This document shows, one piece after another, positions 46,361 through 61,015 of a stretch of DNA of 64,000 nucleotides. Position 1 is the first letter of the stretch; each line of letters begins with the position of its first letter. A model generated the notes under the pieces. It was given only the letters and a program-made list of their open reading frames with translations. It made no database searches and was not told the origin of the DNA. Both the position numbers and the translations under genes were made by a program. The stretch comes from Zootoca vivipara (taxonomy: Eukaryota): the NCBI RefSeq assembly GCF_963506605.1, contig NC_083288.1:49352001-49416000 (forward strand). Direction: 5' to 3'.

Positions 46361-49300
46361 CAGCAATGATACTTAAGTAGTCATTCCATAGAGCTAAATC
46401 GGTGGGACAGGTAATTTCCTGAATGCTGATGATTGTACCTATAAGATTTCTTGGTTGCACTTCATGGATCAAAAATGTTATCCAGAAATACCAAAGAGTG
46501 CTCTCAATGTTTTGGGCCAACACTGCCATTAGATTTTGTGTATATAGACTTATTATAAAGCTAATTGAATCTTCATACTCTTTTTAAATTTTACATTGTT
46601 GCTTAATTAGTCGGGGATCATTTCCCCCTCTTTTAATTTGAGACATGTAGGTAATCATAATATATTTGGCTAAGCAATTATCGAAGGGGTCTGGTGCTTT
46701 TCCCCCCTTTGCTTTAAACTTACAAGAAAGGAATGTCAGATGTTTACAGTGGGAGGGAGACAGTAAATTTCCCAGGTGCTGTTGCAACAAGCTGGCTTGG
46801 AAAATGTGCTCCTGGCTTCACTGTTGTCTCCAGCGGCCCCTAGAGGCCAAAAGCAAACCTACCTTCTCAGCTAATGTAACAAAAGCTGGATTTTCTTGTG
46901 TTTCTAACGGTGTCTATCTGTTTTAAACTTAAGGTAGACTACATTGCAGGGCTGTTGCAGTCGCTTCTGTTTCAGCCAAACTTTCCACAATATTTTGTGG
47001 TGGAAATGATGGTGGTTGTGGCTAAAACACAGGAGGCTACAACAGCTGCTACTGTTTCTGAACAAGAGACAGACTTCCTTCGAATTACACCTAATTTAAA
47101 TCATACAGTAGCTGTCAAGTTTTTGCTTTTCTCGTGAGGAAGCCTATTCAGCATAAGGGAATTTCGCTTTAAAAAAGGGAGAATTTGACAGCTATGATTT
47201 AAATACAGGATTCAACACCATCCCCTGTAGGCTAGGGGCAGCTGTTGCTTACAACCCGGGGGGGGGCCTTGGGGGTTGAGAGGGAGGCAAAAATGGAGTT
47301 AAAAAATAAACGCGAGGATTTGAAAGGGGTCGTCTTTATTTGTTTACTTATTTAGAACATTTGTCCCCCGCCCTTCAGCCAAAAAAGGCTCCCAGACTGG
47401 TTTATATGAATCAAAACGAGACATTTGCTACCTACATGCTTACATTCTAATAAATAAACAAACAGACCAATTATTTTTTTAAAAAATATAACAGACAAGG
47501 GACAAGGGGAGAAGAGGAGAATAACTCTAAACTCAGGCATCAATTTCAAGACAGTTGTTCTGATTGTTGGCAACCCGGAGCACAACTATTGGTGGTGAAA
47601 TCAAACCGTTGGAAGGTTGCAGTGCCTACTGTGGCTGTAGGGACAATAGGGGAGAGACATGTTTTGTTGCTGCTGGGGCAGACAAAGGCATCCGGTTTTG
47701 CTGCTGGCTGCAGATGCGCAACGGCGTTTCTTCTCTCTGCACTCCTCCCAGCGGTCATTCCTTCTCTGGTCACTGCTGTGGATGCACAAGACTATATCCA
47801 GACCTAGTGGTTGTCTGCAAGGGATTCCCCCACGGTGGGGGTGATATTGCCAAACTTCATGTCAACCTTGCAAACATCTTTGTAACACAGAGTTGGTCTG
47901 CCAACGGACCTGGTGCCTGAAGACAGCTCCCCATAGAGCGCATTCTTGGGGATCCTGCCCTCTTCAGTTCTGTGGACATCACCAAGCCAGCATAGAAGTC
48001 GCTGAGACATTAAACTGAAAATAAAATAAATAAAAGTGCGAATGTGCTGGGAATGTGGGCTTGGGAGAGCATATCTTTGAGACCCTGTTCTCCCATGCGA
48101 TGGCCAAAACCCTCCTGTTGCATATTGACCAGCTGGCATCGTTCGGAGGCAGTAACTGGGGCCTTAGGCTAAGTGAGTTTAATGACCTCTGCTTCCTATC
48201 CTATCTCTGCCACTGAGGTAGCTTCAGGAAATGGCTGTCCCTTAATGACATTTGAGGGAGAGGAGGCTTGATGGAGCTTGCCTGTCGCTGCAGAGCCAAT
48301 CGAGTGAGCTCTGGTCCTCAGTTTTCCCAGTGCTGGAATGGCTGCCTCCATTATTCTGTTTCCAGGAGCTAAGCAGTCATTTCATAGAATCACAGAATCG
48401 TAGAGTTGGAAGGTAACCCCAGTGGTCATCTAGTCTGACCCCCTGCAATGCTGGAATCTCAGCTAGATCATTCATTACCTATGGTCATCCAACCTCCGCT
48501 TAAAAACCTCCATAGAGTTTGGGAAGGGGGGAACCTTATTGGTTATTTCCGGAATCAGCATTCTGATTGGCTAGGGTGATAAAACCACGTCTTCATTGGT
48601 GAGAGTGTTCCATTCTCATGCAATCAGCGCCGTCTCTTGGAAGCTAAAGGTGAGTATATAGAAAGCAAGATTTGGCTGCAAGCATCTCACGTTTTTCTGA
48701 ACCACCGTTTCCTGAGTTTGCTGCGCTTCCAAGGCTGCCCTTAAGATATGCACGTTCTTGCACCCGACAGCGCATTAAACGTACAGTAAAGCAAGGGGTT
48801 TTTTTTCACCGGCAACGTTGCTAAGTAAAACTAGGAGATCTGTGTAACAGCCAGACGTAGCATCGAAGGGTGTAGCACCGAGGCTTATTACAAGTGGTGG
48901 GCTCTCGTGAAGGAAGACAGACAACTGATAGAATCAACCAGTCGTGGGACGAGAGTCCCGAGCTCTCTCATGACCACATATTTATCAGGTACAGTATGGA
49001 AAATGCATATTCACAAACCATAAACCAATCATTACAGCACACCTATCTAGCATTATCCAATAATATCAGCAGAACACACTTATGCCCATTTATGCTCAGA
49101 CCTATTGTTCTCCATAGCATGCTTGTCCCTCATGGGTAACTTGTGCCCCTGGGGAATGAGTAACTAATGATGGATGTGGAGATGTTCCCCATGACTGGCG
49201 TGGCCTCCGAGGAATGGATAACTTGTGATGTATGGGAGATGTTCCTCATGGCTGACTTGGCCTCTGAGCATCATCTATTTTTTGCGGTATGTGGAGAAGT

Positions 49301-50073
49301 GCAGACTCTACATCCCTGGCTCGTTACGCCTAGCCGATGTTGCCATGGTGCCCACATACCACTTGAGAGAGAAGCGCGGAATGAGCGCGGAATCACCACT
49401 TGATGCCTTTGGGATGTGGCTGCATTATTCCCACAGATCTGGAAACACGAGCCGCCTGCCGCAATGCAGCTTTGGAGTGGGGTGAGATGTTAATAATTGC
49501 AGAGGAAGGTAAACCCCAAACAATAAGCTGCATGGAGATGGCACACTCTCCAAAAGCTGGTCCCGGAATAGTGGAGCCAGCAGCTACATAGGTCTGAAAG
49601 TGTAGAAACGTCCCACTTGTTTCCCCATCCACCTAGCAATACTTTGTACAGTATTGGCTTCTAAAGTTTGGGGAAAGAGACATATCAATATGAAGGCAAG
49701 TCATATTTCCGACAGATTATCTTGTAGTCTCGTTATTTTTGCTCTCCTAGCCCGTTTTTAGGTTTGTGCTCTCTCCCAGATCACAATTTTTCTACATTTC
49801 CAATGTCTCAGTATTGCTGAACCATTATCCTTCATACTCTCCACTGCATATACGGTACCAAAATGTGTTTTTTTTTACACTACTTCCCAGCATTTACAAT
49901 ATTTAGATCACCTCACCTCATTACTGGGCACGTCTGGTACAATCCAACGCGTTTAGACGCGATGTTGCCCTTTCTAAAGGCTCAAATAAAATTAAGATAA
50001 CCGAGATTACCTAAGCAAGATAAACGCTTTTAGCAACCCAAACTGTGTCAGCTCTTTTCATGAAAAGGTGGGC

Positions 50074-50089
50074 GGCCCTTAAAAGGGCC
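50074..50089 (-). terminator. histone 3' stem-loop (H4)
   Basis: GGCCCTTTTAAGGGCC with purine-rich HDE (AAAAGAGCTG) downstream. Confidence 0.95.
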
Positions 50090-50127
50090 TTTGAGCTAGT
50101 TTGTAATATACAGCCTTGATATTCTGA

Positions 50128-50448
<321 letters not shown>

Positions 50449-51339
50449 TTAACAATTCCTGCGTTTGAAGAATGAAGCGAAGAGTTGCTAGCCGCTTCTT
50501 TTATACAGCAAAGTCCGACCAGAGGGAAAACTGTAAAGGAACACGTTATTGTTTGACTGAGCCACGCCCTCTTTCCAAACTCCATAACGCGATAGGCTAT
50601 ACTTTCCACCAATCAACTGCTGGAAATTTTAAAATCTCCAATCAAAACCGAACTATCTCCTCAAACAGATATGTGCCTTTGATTTGGGGAGGATAGTGCT
50701 GCCAAGAGAGTTTGATACTAAGTACAGTACTGTAATCTGGAAATGGTGCAGAACAGAATGGAAAAACAAAACAGTAGTGTAGAATCGGGGGAAAAGAGTA
50801 AAAACTATTGAAACTGAAAAACCTGAAAACTCATCCTAACATTTCCAAAATTGTGAGGAGCAGGAATTAGAAAAGCATACTGGTATAATATAAATTTCAG
50901 AGGTTTATGTCGCATTAGAATTATAAAATTGTAGTTGGAAGGAATCCCAATGGTCATCCAATCCATCTAGCGTCTTTCATTGCATGGTTCTTGTAAACCA
51001 CTCCCTTAGGCCCACAATTAAACGAGGATAACGATCAGCCCGAGTCTATAAGCTAAGGCATTGGGTGCTGCCTCGATGAAGGACGTCCAGGTCTCCTTTT
51101 ACGCTATTAGCTTTGGGTCCTGTGGCAGAAGTACAAGGACACATGCTTTTCCCAACACCGTATTTACACGCGTGCAGAGACAAAAGAGATTGTAGTTTGC
51201 TTGTTTGACTTTAAATTTAAATTGTGCTCTGAATGCAAGTACCGGTCATAGTTTGTCACGTTAAAAAGAAACCAGTCAAAGATACTCCTTTTCGTTTTTT
51301 AACACCATGTAATATGGTCACCCTTGTTTATTTCTCAGA

Positions 51340-51555
51340 CGGAAGAGCAATGACGTAACCCTTTTTTTAAAAAAAGCGGAACATGCAAATATAAACTCGT
51401 CCCAAGTGACATTTCTATTGGCTCGCGCAAGTATATCGAGTAATTTAAATGTAACTTTCTGGTTGGTTGCAAGAAGGCACATTCTCATTGGGTGCCATTC
51501 TCTTTCGCCCAATCAGATTTGACAGAAAGAATCCATCGGGCGTAAATAAATAGGC
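51340..51555. promoter_or_regulatory. H2A/H2B-type bidirectional histone promoter
   Basis: TGACGT at about 51351, octamer ATGCAAAT at 51384-51391, several CCAAT/ATTGG boxes, TAAATAAA upstream of H2A. Confidence 0.7.
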
Positions 51556-51627
51556 GGCTTGCAAGTTTGTGCTGCTCATTCTGCTCTGCTCTAGGTTGTA
51601 GTAGTTCTTTGAGGATTTTGTTGTATG

Positions 51628-51987
51628 ATGTCTGGCCGTGGAAAGCAGGGCGGCAAAGCTCAGGCTAAGTCTCGCTCGTCCAGGGCGAGTTTGCTGTTTC
51701 CTGTGGGTCGAATGCACCGCCTGCTCCGCAAAGGGCACTATGCGGAGCGCGTGGGAGCCGGTGCCTCTGTCTACACGGCGGCGGTGCTGGAGTACCTGAC
51801 CGTCGAAATCCTGGAGCTGGCCGGCAACGCAGCGCGGGACAACAAGAAGGCGCGCATCGTACCTCGACATCTGCAGCTGGCCATCCGCAACGACCAGGAG
51901 CTGAACAAACTGCTGGCCAAAGTCACCATCGCCCAGGGCGGCGTCCTGCCCAACATGCAGCCGATGCTGCTGCCCAAGAAAGGGTGA
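51628..51987 (+). CDS. H2A: divergent, C-terminally truncated histone H2A (variant or young pseudogene)
   Basis: H2A fold with about 15 substitutions, a 2-aa N-tail deletion and a stop after LLPKKG. Confidence 0.85.
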   Translation: MSGRGKQGGKAQAKSRSSRASLLFPVGRMHRLLRKGHYAERVGAGASVYTAAVLEYLTVEILELAGNAARDNKKARIVPRHLQLAIRNDQELNKLLAKVTIAQGGVLPNMQPMLLPKKG

Positions 51988-52043
51988 GAGCCACAAACCG
52001 AAGGCCCAGTAAAAAAGCAGGCTGCGGCGTCTGGCCCCCACAA

Positions 52044-52059
52044 GGCTCTTTTCAGAGCC
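52044..52059 (+). terminator. histone 3' stem-loop (H2A)
   Basis: GGCTCTTTTCAGAGCC with HDE AAGAGAGCTG at about 52074. Confidence 0.95.
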
Positions 52060-52865
52060 ATCCACCTTGTCATAAGAGAGCTGAGTTTATATTTCTGAAA
52101 GCTTGACTGGATTTCTGAGAAAGCTATACAGTACTGTGAATTTATAAGCACTGCACTCCGTCATGGGCATAGCCAACCCCCCCCCATCAGTAATGAGGTG
52201 CAGGGGCGAACTGGAGCCTGCCGCGATTTTTTAAAGACTTGTTAGCCCCGCCCCCCAGCTGGCCCTATTGGCCAGCCCTGAGCGCGGCAGGTAAAGGTGG
52301 AGCAGGGGGCCGGACCCGCCCCCTGCTCTCTGCGTAGAGCGGGTCCCGCCCGCAAATTTCCCCCCTCTCTGAAGAGGGATCTAACCAGCAACTGCTGCCA
52401 TCTTAACAAATGCCTGCGCGCGCCCCAAACAAAAATTCCGGCTAAGCCCATGCGCTCGGTCTGCCTTCCTGTTCCCTATTATCCATTTTACCTTCCAAGG
52501 ATCTAGGTGGTGTTTCCACCCCTCGCCCAAAGAACACATGTACGCCCCTATGTTTAAATACAGGCTATTGTAAGGCAGCGGTTCTCAAAGAGCGTTACTT
52601 GTATGGCAAGAGAATGGCAATGTAGCGGGAAGATCGGAGAAACGAACATTTAAACACTTCAGCGCAATATGCATAGTATACCACACATAAAATACTTCTG
52701 GAATATGTAGATTTCCCCAAAATATTTATTATAAAACAAATAGTAAATATTCTGAAAGTGGCCCAATTACCGGTACCTTGAAAACCACTGTCTAAAGTTT
52801 TGGATTAAGTATAGCCATGATAGACAATATGGCAAGTTTACAACTCTTTTCATGAATAGGTAGGC

Positions 52866-52881
52866 GGCCCTTAAAAGGGCC
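52866..52881 (-). terminator. histone 3' stem-loop (H4)
   Basis: GGCCCTTTTAAGGGCC with HDE. Confidence 0.95.
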
Positions 52882-52916
52882 TTTAGCTTGCAAGTTGCAG
52901 CCTTGATATCTAGGAA

Positions 52917-54048
<1,132 letters not shown>

Positions 54049-54096
54049 GGCCTTCCATTGTCAAAGTAGGGGCTTTCCTACGTTCAAAAACCCAAA

Positions 54097-54112
54097 GGCT
54101 CTTTTAAGAGCC
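54097..54112 (+). terminator. histone 3' stem-loop (H3)
   Basis: GGCTCTTTTAAGAGCC. Confidence 0.95.
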
Positions 54113-54616
54113 ACCACATAATCTTAAAAAGCTGGTAATTACGGCAGTATTTTGTCTATTAAGTATTAAGCACCAGTTGCTGGGAATGTGCAGTTTACAG
54201 GAGTCCCACAAGGATCTTGCCGTATGCCCTGCTTCCAACTACCCACACCGTTTACTGCATTACCCTACCGTTTTTTAAAAATATATATTTCAAGGAAGCA
54301 ACCACTTCTCCTCACACACCCCATTGCCACGTGGTGTCTCCCCTTAAAGTTGCAAGAACATTGTCAAGTGACTTGGCACGGATAAAAAAGCCGGGGGGAA
54401 ATTGGCAAAAGGAAAGCAGATTAAAATGAAAGCCTAGAATTGCAGCAATAACGTTACTACCACGTTTGCTAAACGGGGTCCGGTATGGTTTCGAATTGGA
54501 TGAGGCACCGATTTTTTTTTTAAGGGGTTGTACGGTATTCTACGAACTGCGGCACTTGCATCACATGATCCAAAGTACCTCACATGGCAATTCAGCACTT
54601 TCTTGAATTTGTGGGT

Positions 54617-54632
54617 GGCTCTTAAAAGAGCC
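54617..54632 (-). terminator. histone 3' stem-loop (H1)
   Basis: GGCTCTTTTAAGAGCC. Confidence 0.95.
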
Positions 54633-54686
54633 TTTGGGGTTAAAGAGGAGCGCTGCTGCCTCTCGCGCAAGCCGAGCAGGTCCTTC

Positions 54687-55352
54687 CTACTTCTTTTTCG
54701 GCGCCGCCTTCTTGGGCTTGGCGACTTTCGCCTTGGGGGTCTTGGGCTTCGCTTTGGGCTTGGCTGCCTTCGCCTTCGCGGGGCTCTTGGCGGCCTTCTT
54801 GGCTTTGGCCGCCGCCGCCTTGGGCTTCTTGGGGCTCTTGGCGGCCTTCCTGGCGCCTGCCGCGGGCTTCTTGGCCGGCTTCTTGACGCTCTTCTTGGTC
54901 GCGGCTGCCTTCTTCACCTTCTTGGCGGCGCTGGCGGGCTTCTTGGCCGCGGGCTTTTTACCTTTCGCGGAAGCCGCCGCCGGCTTCTTCTTGAGCGCCT
55001 TGTCCTTGTTGTCCGCCTGCTTCTTGTTTAGCTTGAAGGAGCCAGAGGCGCCCGTGCCCTTGGTCTGCAGCAGGATCCCTCGGGTCACCAGGCCCTTCAG
55101 GCCCAGCTTGATGCGGCTGTTGTTCCTCTCCACGTCGTAGCCGGCGGCCGCCAGCGACTTCTTCAGCGCTGCCAGGGACACGCCGCCGCGCTCCTTGGAC
55201 GCCGTCACGGCCTGGGTCAACAGCTCCGTCACGCTGGGGCCCGAGGCCTTGCGGGACTTCGGCGCGGCGGCCGCCGCCTTCTTGGCCTTCTTCGCGGGAG
55301 CCTTGACAGCCGGCAGCGCGGCGACGGGCGCAGCGGGAACCTCTTCAGTCAT
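54687..55352 (-). CDS. H1: linker histone H1 (221 aa)
   Basis: MTEEVPAAP... globular domain (GPSVTELL...[10 protein letters not shown]) and Lys/Ala/Pro-rich tail. Confidence 0.96.
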   Translation of the reverse strand: MTEEVPAAPVAALPAVKAPAKKAKKAAAAAPKSRKASGPSVTELLTQAVTASKERGGVSLAALKKSLAAAGYDVERNNSRIKLGLKGLVTRGILLQTKGTGASGSFKLNKKQADNKDKALKKKPAAASAKGKKPAAKKPASAAKKVKKAAATKKSVKKPAKKPAAGARKAAKSPKKPKAAAAKAKKAAKSPAKAKAAKPKAKPKTPKAKVAKPKKAAPKKK

Positions 55353-55437
55353 CCTGATCCGAAAATATGCCGCCCACCGATCACAACGTCGAGTCACTAA
55401 AGCAGAAGCTGAATGGACGCGGCGGCCGCGCTGCCTC

Positions 55438-55535
55438 GTATTTATAGGGGAGGAGCTGCGCCCTGATTGGTGGGTTCCGAACACGGCGCTTTGACAGCCA
55501 GACCTGGGCTCCTGGTCCGGGCAACTTTTGTGTTT
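55438..55535 (-). promoter_or_regulatory. H1 promoter (TATA, CCAAT, H1 AC-box)
   Basis: TATAAA at about 55441, CCAAT at about 55466, AAACACA at 55529-55535. Confidence 0.85.
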
Positions 55536-58500
55536 CTTAACCCGCACAAAAGAGTCGATTACTCCGAGTCCCGTCCGCGGATCCCTTCCGTTCCAGGCTG
55601 GATCGATGGGGAGGATGTGGGCTTTCGGGGACCTGGTTTTCACGCTCCGGGGTAGCAGGGCTCCTCCGTAAAAGAGCGGGGAACTCAGCCTCTGCTCGCT
55701 TTCCCGGCCTGAAAATTTGCAAACTTTTGCTTTTCGACGAAAATAGCAAATGCTGCTTTTAATAAGCAGGCGCGGGAGGTCCGGCATAAGGTAGCCCGGG
55801 GGGTCTGCACCTGGCCGGTGGAGAAAGGAAGGCTTTTCGGCCGGGAACTTCGCGGCAACTGCTTCTTTCATCGAGTCAAGTAACACATCTGACAACGAGC
55901 TTCGGTTAAATTGCTATAAGGCATTATTGCAATGCCGGCCCCAGAAAATGAGCGACAGAGTGATGGAAAGGAATTGGGATTATTTGAAGAGGGCCGGTTT
56001 GGACGGACGAGCAAAAAATTGCACTTAGGTTTTTAAAAAATGGGGCTTATTTAACACCTTTCTGAAAGCCATCCGCATTTGTCTTTCTTTGATGCTCCCT
56101 AGGCAAAGAGGTCTGGGGATATCAGCCTATGGAGCTTGTCATTTCTGTCTTCAAATTAATTTAAGCAAATAAATCTAGATGTCACCAGAAGTTCAACACA
56201 GGGGTCTCTTTGGGGGAATAGGCGAGGTGTAGAGCTTCTCCTAAATGCAATCCATTGGGAGTTGCTTGTAATTAAACTTGTGTGTTTACCCTATATTGGC
56301 TATACAAAACAGTGTCTTTTAGCAACTTAAAAACTCAACCAATTTGTGCTGTGGCATGACTCTCAGGAGACCTGTAGACGCAAATATTGCAATCGGGCCA
56401 TGGAGTGCAAGTAGCGCAGTGCCTGTGTGGTACCGGTACTTCTGTGCCAAGTTCAGAAGAAGTGTGTAAATTCAGAGCAGCTGTGGCCGCCCAGGACTGC
56501 AGTAATTTACCAAGTAACTGAAAGAACAGATTACCATAGCTTCACACAACCGATGAAGAAGACTCTAGGGCAGGTGCCACAAAGAATCTATCAGTTATTG
56601 AAGGTGCCACAGGATGCATTTGTGTGTTTGCTGTCGGAGGAAGCACACACACAAAAATCCCTGTGGAATGTGTTACCTAACCGGCATGTGTGGAAAAGCC
56701 GCCACTCATACGTGTATACAGAATGTTGTTTGTTGTTTAGTCCTTTAGTCGTGTCCGACTCTTCGTGACCCCATGGACCAGAGCACGCCAGGCACTCCTG
56801 TCTTCCACTGCCTCCCGCAGTATACAGAATAGTGAATCTTAATCAGAATTGGGACTTGCTCCCAAGTAAATGTGTGTAAGATTTCCTTCTCAGTCAGTTT
56901 TGTTTGCTTAAAAAAACAAAGATCATATCAAAAAGGGGAGGGACACCCAGTTAGGATTTCACAAACAAACCCAAGATTCATAATACAAATGAGTTTTGGG
57001 GTTTTCTTGTTTTTAAAAGATCTTAACACAATGCCTGCTCTCTTTCTTTCCAGCAAAGAAAGCTGTCTTACAGATCATGTATTTTATCAGCATCTGCTAG
57101 CAAATCAATTATCCTGACAGGACCTTGTTATTCCAGAGAGATTTCTGAGTAGTACTATCATAAATAAATCTCTTTTAGGGTCCTTATTTAAGGGGGAGTA
57201 TAAGAAGAATGCCCATTATAATCCACAGAGTTTTGCCTGCATACATTGTTGATTTATTTGATGTTCCTAATCTACCTTCTACATCTACAGGGTTTGGGGT
57301 TTGGTATATTACCTTCTCAGAGGAGCAAAGCTAAGTTCATCAAAATACACCTGGGACTCTAGGATGGTTTTTATTAACACAATATTGTGATGGAACAGAA
57401 GTTGTTCTTATTAAAGTATTTCTAGTGAATCTTCACAAGCATGAAGGCAAACCACTCCATATTGCAACTGTGTCCAAGTTGGTTGTCTGGCAACTCTTCT
57501 TAAAATAGCTGTTATGTGAAACATTTTGGAGCTTCACCTGGTTAAATGTAGCATCACTTCAGCACATAGCATAGTAGTGCTTGGTGACGTGGTACAACGT
57601 TGTGTCAAAAGGATTATTCCCAGGTCTCCAAATAGCTACGCTTCAGAGACATACATTTTGCCAGTATGATATGTTTCCTTTTTTACTCATCAGACCAGGA
57701 CCATGGACAGGCAGTTTCAAATCTAAGCCTTGAAGCTCCCTGCCTGTGTGACCTTACGCCAATCACTCTCTGGCCCACTTTACAGGGCTGGTGTAAGGAT
57801 AAAATGGGCGGGGGTGTAATGGTGGCAGTGAGATCATTTATGCCACACTGGGATGGTTTAAAAGGTAGTAAAAAGGAATAATATAGGTTGGAACTTCCAA
57901 AGTCCTAGCCCCAGGCAAGTTTTAAGATCTCATGTGCTGATCTTGAAGCTGTTGTGGAGCAATATACTAAAAAATCAATCGAAACCTTTCCACTTGTTCT
58001 ACTACGGCAAAGCCATCCATTGCAACACAGGCGACATTAAGGACTCGACAAACAGACGCACCTTCAGCTTCAAGGTGTGGGGCTCCCTTTGTGCATGAAG
58101 TTCCAGGTTGTTTCTTCAGTCTATGACTCTGAGCCACATGTGTGAGAAAAGCATGCAGCGAATACGATCGGCATATCATAGAATCATAGAATCGTAGAGT
58201 TGGAAGAGACCACAAGGGCCATCCAGTCCAACCCCCTGCCGAGCAGGAAACACCATCAAAGCATTCTTGACATATGCCTGTCAAACCTCTGCTTAAAGAC
58301 CTCCAAAGAAGGAGACTCCACCACACTCCTTGGTAGCAAATTTCACTGCCGAACAGCTCTTGCTGTCAGGAAGTTCTTCCTAATGTTTAGGTGGAATCTT
58401 CTTTCTTGTAGTTTGAATCCATTGCTCCGTGTCCGCTTCTCTGGAGCAGCAGAAAACAACCTTTCTCCCTCCTCTATATGCCATCCTTTTATATATTTGA

Positions 58501-61015
58501 ACATGGCTATCATATCACCCCTTAACCTTCTCTTCTCCAGGCTAAACATACCCAGCTCCCTTTAATATATAATAATATCGGTTTTGTTATCTTCAAGAGA
58601 AGATGGGAGGGCAGGAATGAAAGCCCTTTTTAATTATGTGATTCACGTAGAGACAGAAAAGGCAGGCAGCCCTACCTCCTCCAGCACTTCAGATTTTGTT
58701 AGTTTCCAACTGCGTGCTCACACACACACCTCTTACTCCAGAGCTTTCCAAGCTGTGTGTCATGACACGTTAGTGCATGGGTAGCCAAAGTAAGGCCCAA
58801 TCGCCTTCTCGATCCAGTCCGCGGATGGTCCGGGAATCAGCATATTTTTACATGAGTAGAATGTGTCCTTTTATTTAAAATGCATCTCTGGGTTATTTGT
58901 GGGGCATAGGAATTTGTTCATTCTCTCCCCCCCCCCCCAATATAGTCTGGCCCTCCACAAGGTCTGAGGGACAGTGGACCGGTCCCCTGCTGAAAAAGTT
59001 TGCTGACTCCTGCATTACATGTGTCGTCTTCAGTGTGTAGATGTGTCAGAAGAACACTCCCTGCGTTCCTCCCGGGGTTGGATAGGAGTTACGCTAGTTT
59101 AACCTCCGGTTTGCTAGTAAAACTGAATTACTGTGTCGTGAAATGATGCGTGTCTAAAAAGTGTGTGACCAACTTGAAATGTTTGGAAAGCTCTGCCCAT
59201 CTCGTTCAGCAGCCTTTACCAGTTTTGGACTACAAGTCCCATCATCCCCCAGCCAGCAGGACCATATGATGGGATGGGAGCTGTAGTCCAAAACACCTGG
59301 AGGATTAGACAAATTCCTGGAGGCACAAGGGCTATTGATGGCTGCTAGTCAAAATGGCTCGGCTCAGCCTTCACCGTCTGAGGCAGCAATGCTTCTGAAT
59401 ACCAGTTGCTGGAAACTTTGGAGAGGGCTCTTGGGCTCAAATCCTGCTTGCAGGTTTCCCGTAGGCATCTGGTTGGGTGCTGGACTAGATGGGCCACTGG
59501 CCTGATCCAGTAGGCTCTTCTCACGTTCTTCCAGAGAGCAACAGGTTGGTTTCTGCTCTACGGGAAAACCATAGTTTGAGACCATCTAGGAGCAGGTCTC
59601 GTGTCTCAGTTGGATACTGACAGAGCATGTGCAAAGGAAGACCCTGTTCACTAGGCCAAAAGCAGAGCTCAGGTCGATTGATAAACATAGTTCTCTTGTC
59701 CTTTGAAAACCAGTTTGTTCACTGGCAGACATTTGATGCTCTTCCGCCCAGTTTTACAGATTGAACAAAAACCCCAGATGTGAAATCCTAAAGGCTGATT
59801 TGGTAATAAAAGGCTAGGGGGCGCAGTATTATTTATTTATTTGTTCATTCATTCATTCATTCATTCATTCCCTGCCCATCTGGCTGGGTTTCCCCAGCCA
59901 CTCTGGGCAGCTCCCAACAGATTAAAAATGCGCTCAAACATTAAAAACTTCCCTAAACAGGGCTGCCTTCAGATGTCTTCTACAAGTCAGATAGTTGTTT
60001 ATTTCCTTGACACCTGGTGGGAGGGCGTTCCACAGGGCGGGCGCCACCACCGAGAAGGCCCTCTGCATGGTTCCCTGTAACCTCACTTTTCGCAGGTAAG
60101 GAACTGCCAGAAGGCCCTCGGCGCTGGACCTGTGTCCGGACTAAACAACGGGGCGGGGGTGGAGACTTTTGCTACGTTTTAAGGTATTGCAAAACTATGT
60201 TCCTAAATTCCCAATCCCATTATATTTTCTCAGTATCACAGTGGTAAGAGACACAGCAATAGGAAATGTGGAATGCTAGTATTAACATCCACAGGCCAAC
60301 AATAGAGAGGGGATAATTCTCCAGATGTCAGCAGAGGCACTCCTTGTGAGTAAATAATCTTAACACAGGGAGATACAATCCACCCAAGCAGTCTACACCA
60401 CCACTTATTCCCCTCCCAACATTCCCTTCTCCAAAACATGCCTGGGACACTGTGAGAAAAAACAAAAGTGCCTTTATTTTGGTACAGACTCAAGATTCAC
60501 AGATATTGCACCACAAACCAACAGTAGAGCTCTGTGCAAAATGCCCCTCCCCTTGATAATGTACAGTTCATAGTGTTGAAAGTGCTGAGCCAGAATCTCC
60601 CTGGGGTAGAATTCTCCAGGTTCTCCAGAGAGTAGGAAATATTAATGAGGTCCCATTCCAAAACAGAGAAAGCTTTAAAAACAACTCTCTCTTAGCAGCA
60701 TGCTCCAATATACCCCCTCCCCACAAAAGGGGGTAAATATTAAAGCTTATGAGTCCCCAGATTTAGGAGGGTTGTCCATTGGCCATGCAACAAAGAAACA
60801 CACTCATCAAAAGAGGTTTCTTCTCTCTGGCAGAGTCGGGGTGGGGGGTGGGGGAATAGTTAATTCTAAGCAAGGAAAGTTGCTTTTGACTTGGTCAGAG
60901 AGATTTGCAGAAGGGAAAATCAGATAGAAGTGGTGAGTAAGTGTTCGTTGTTCAAGTAAATGTCTGCAACCTCGAACAAGCGATGTGATTAAAATACTTC
61001 CATAATCCGTTGATT

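Noticed and set aside
55353-55895. 402-aa extended H1 ORF
   Set aside because: It runs through the H1 TATA, CCAAT and AC-box; the real start is 55352.
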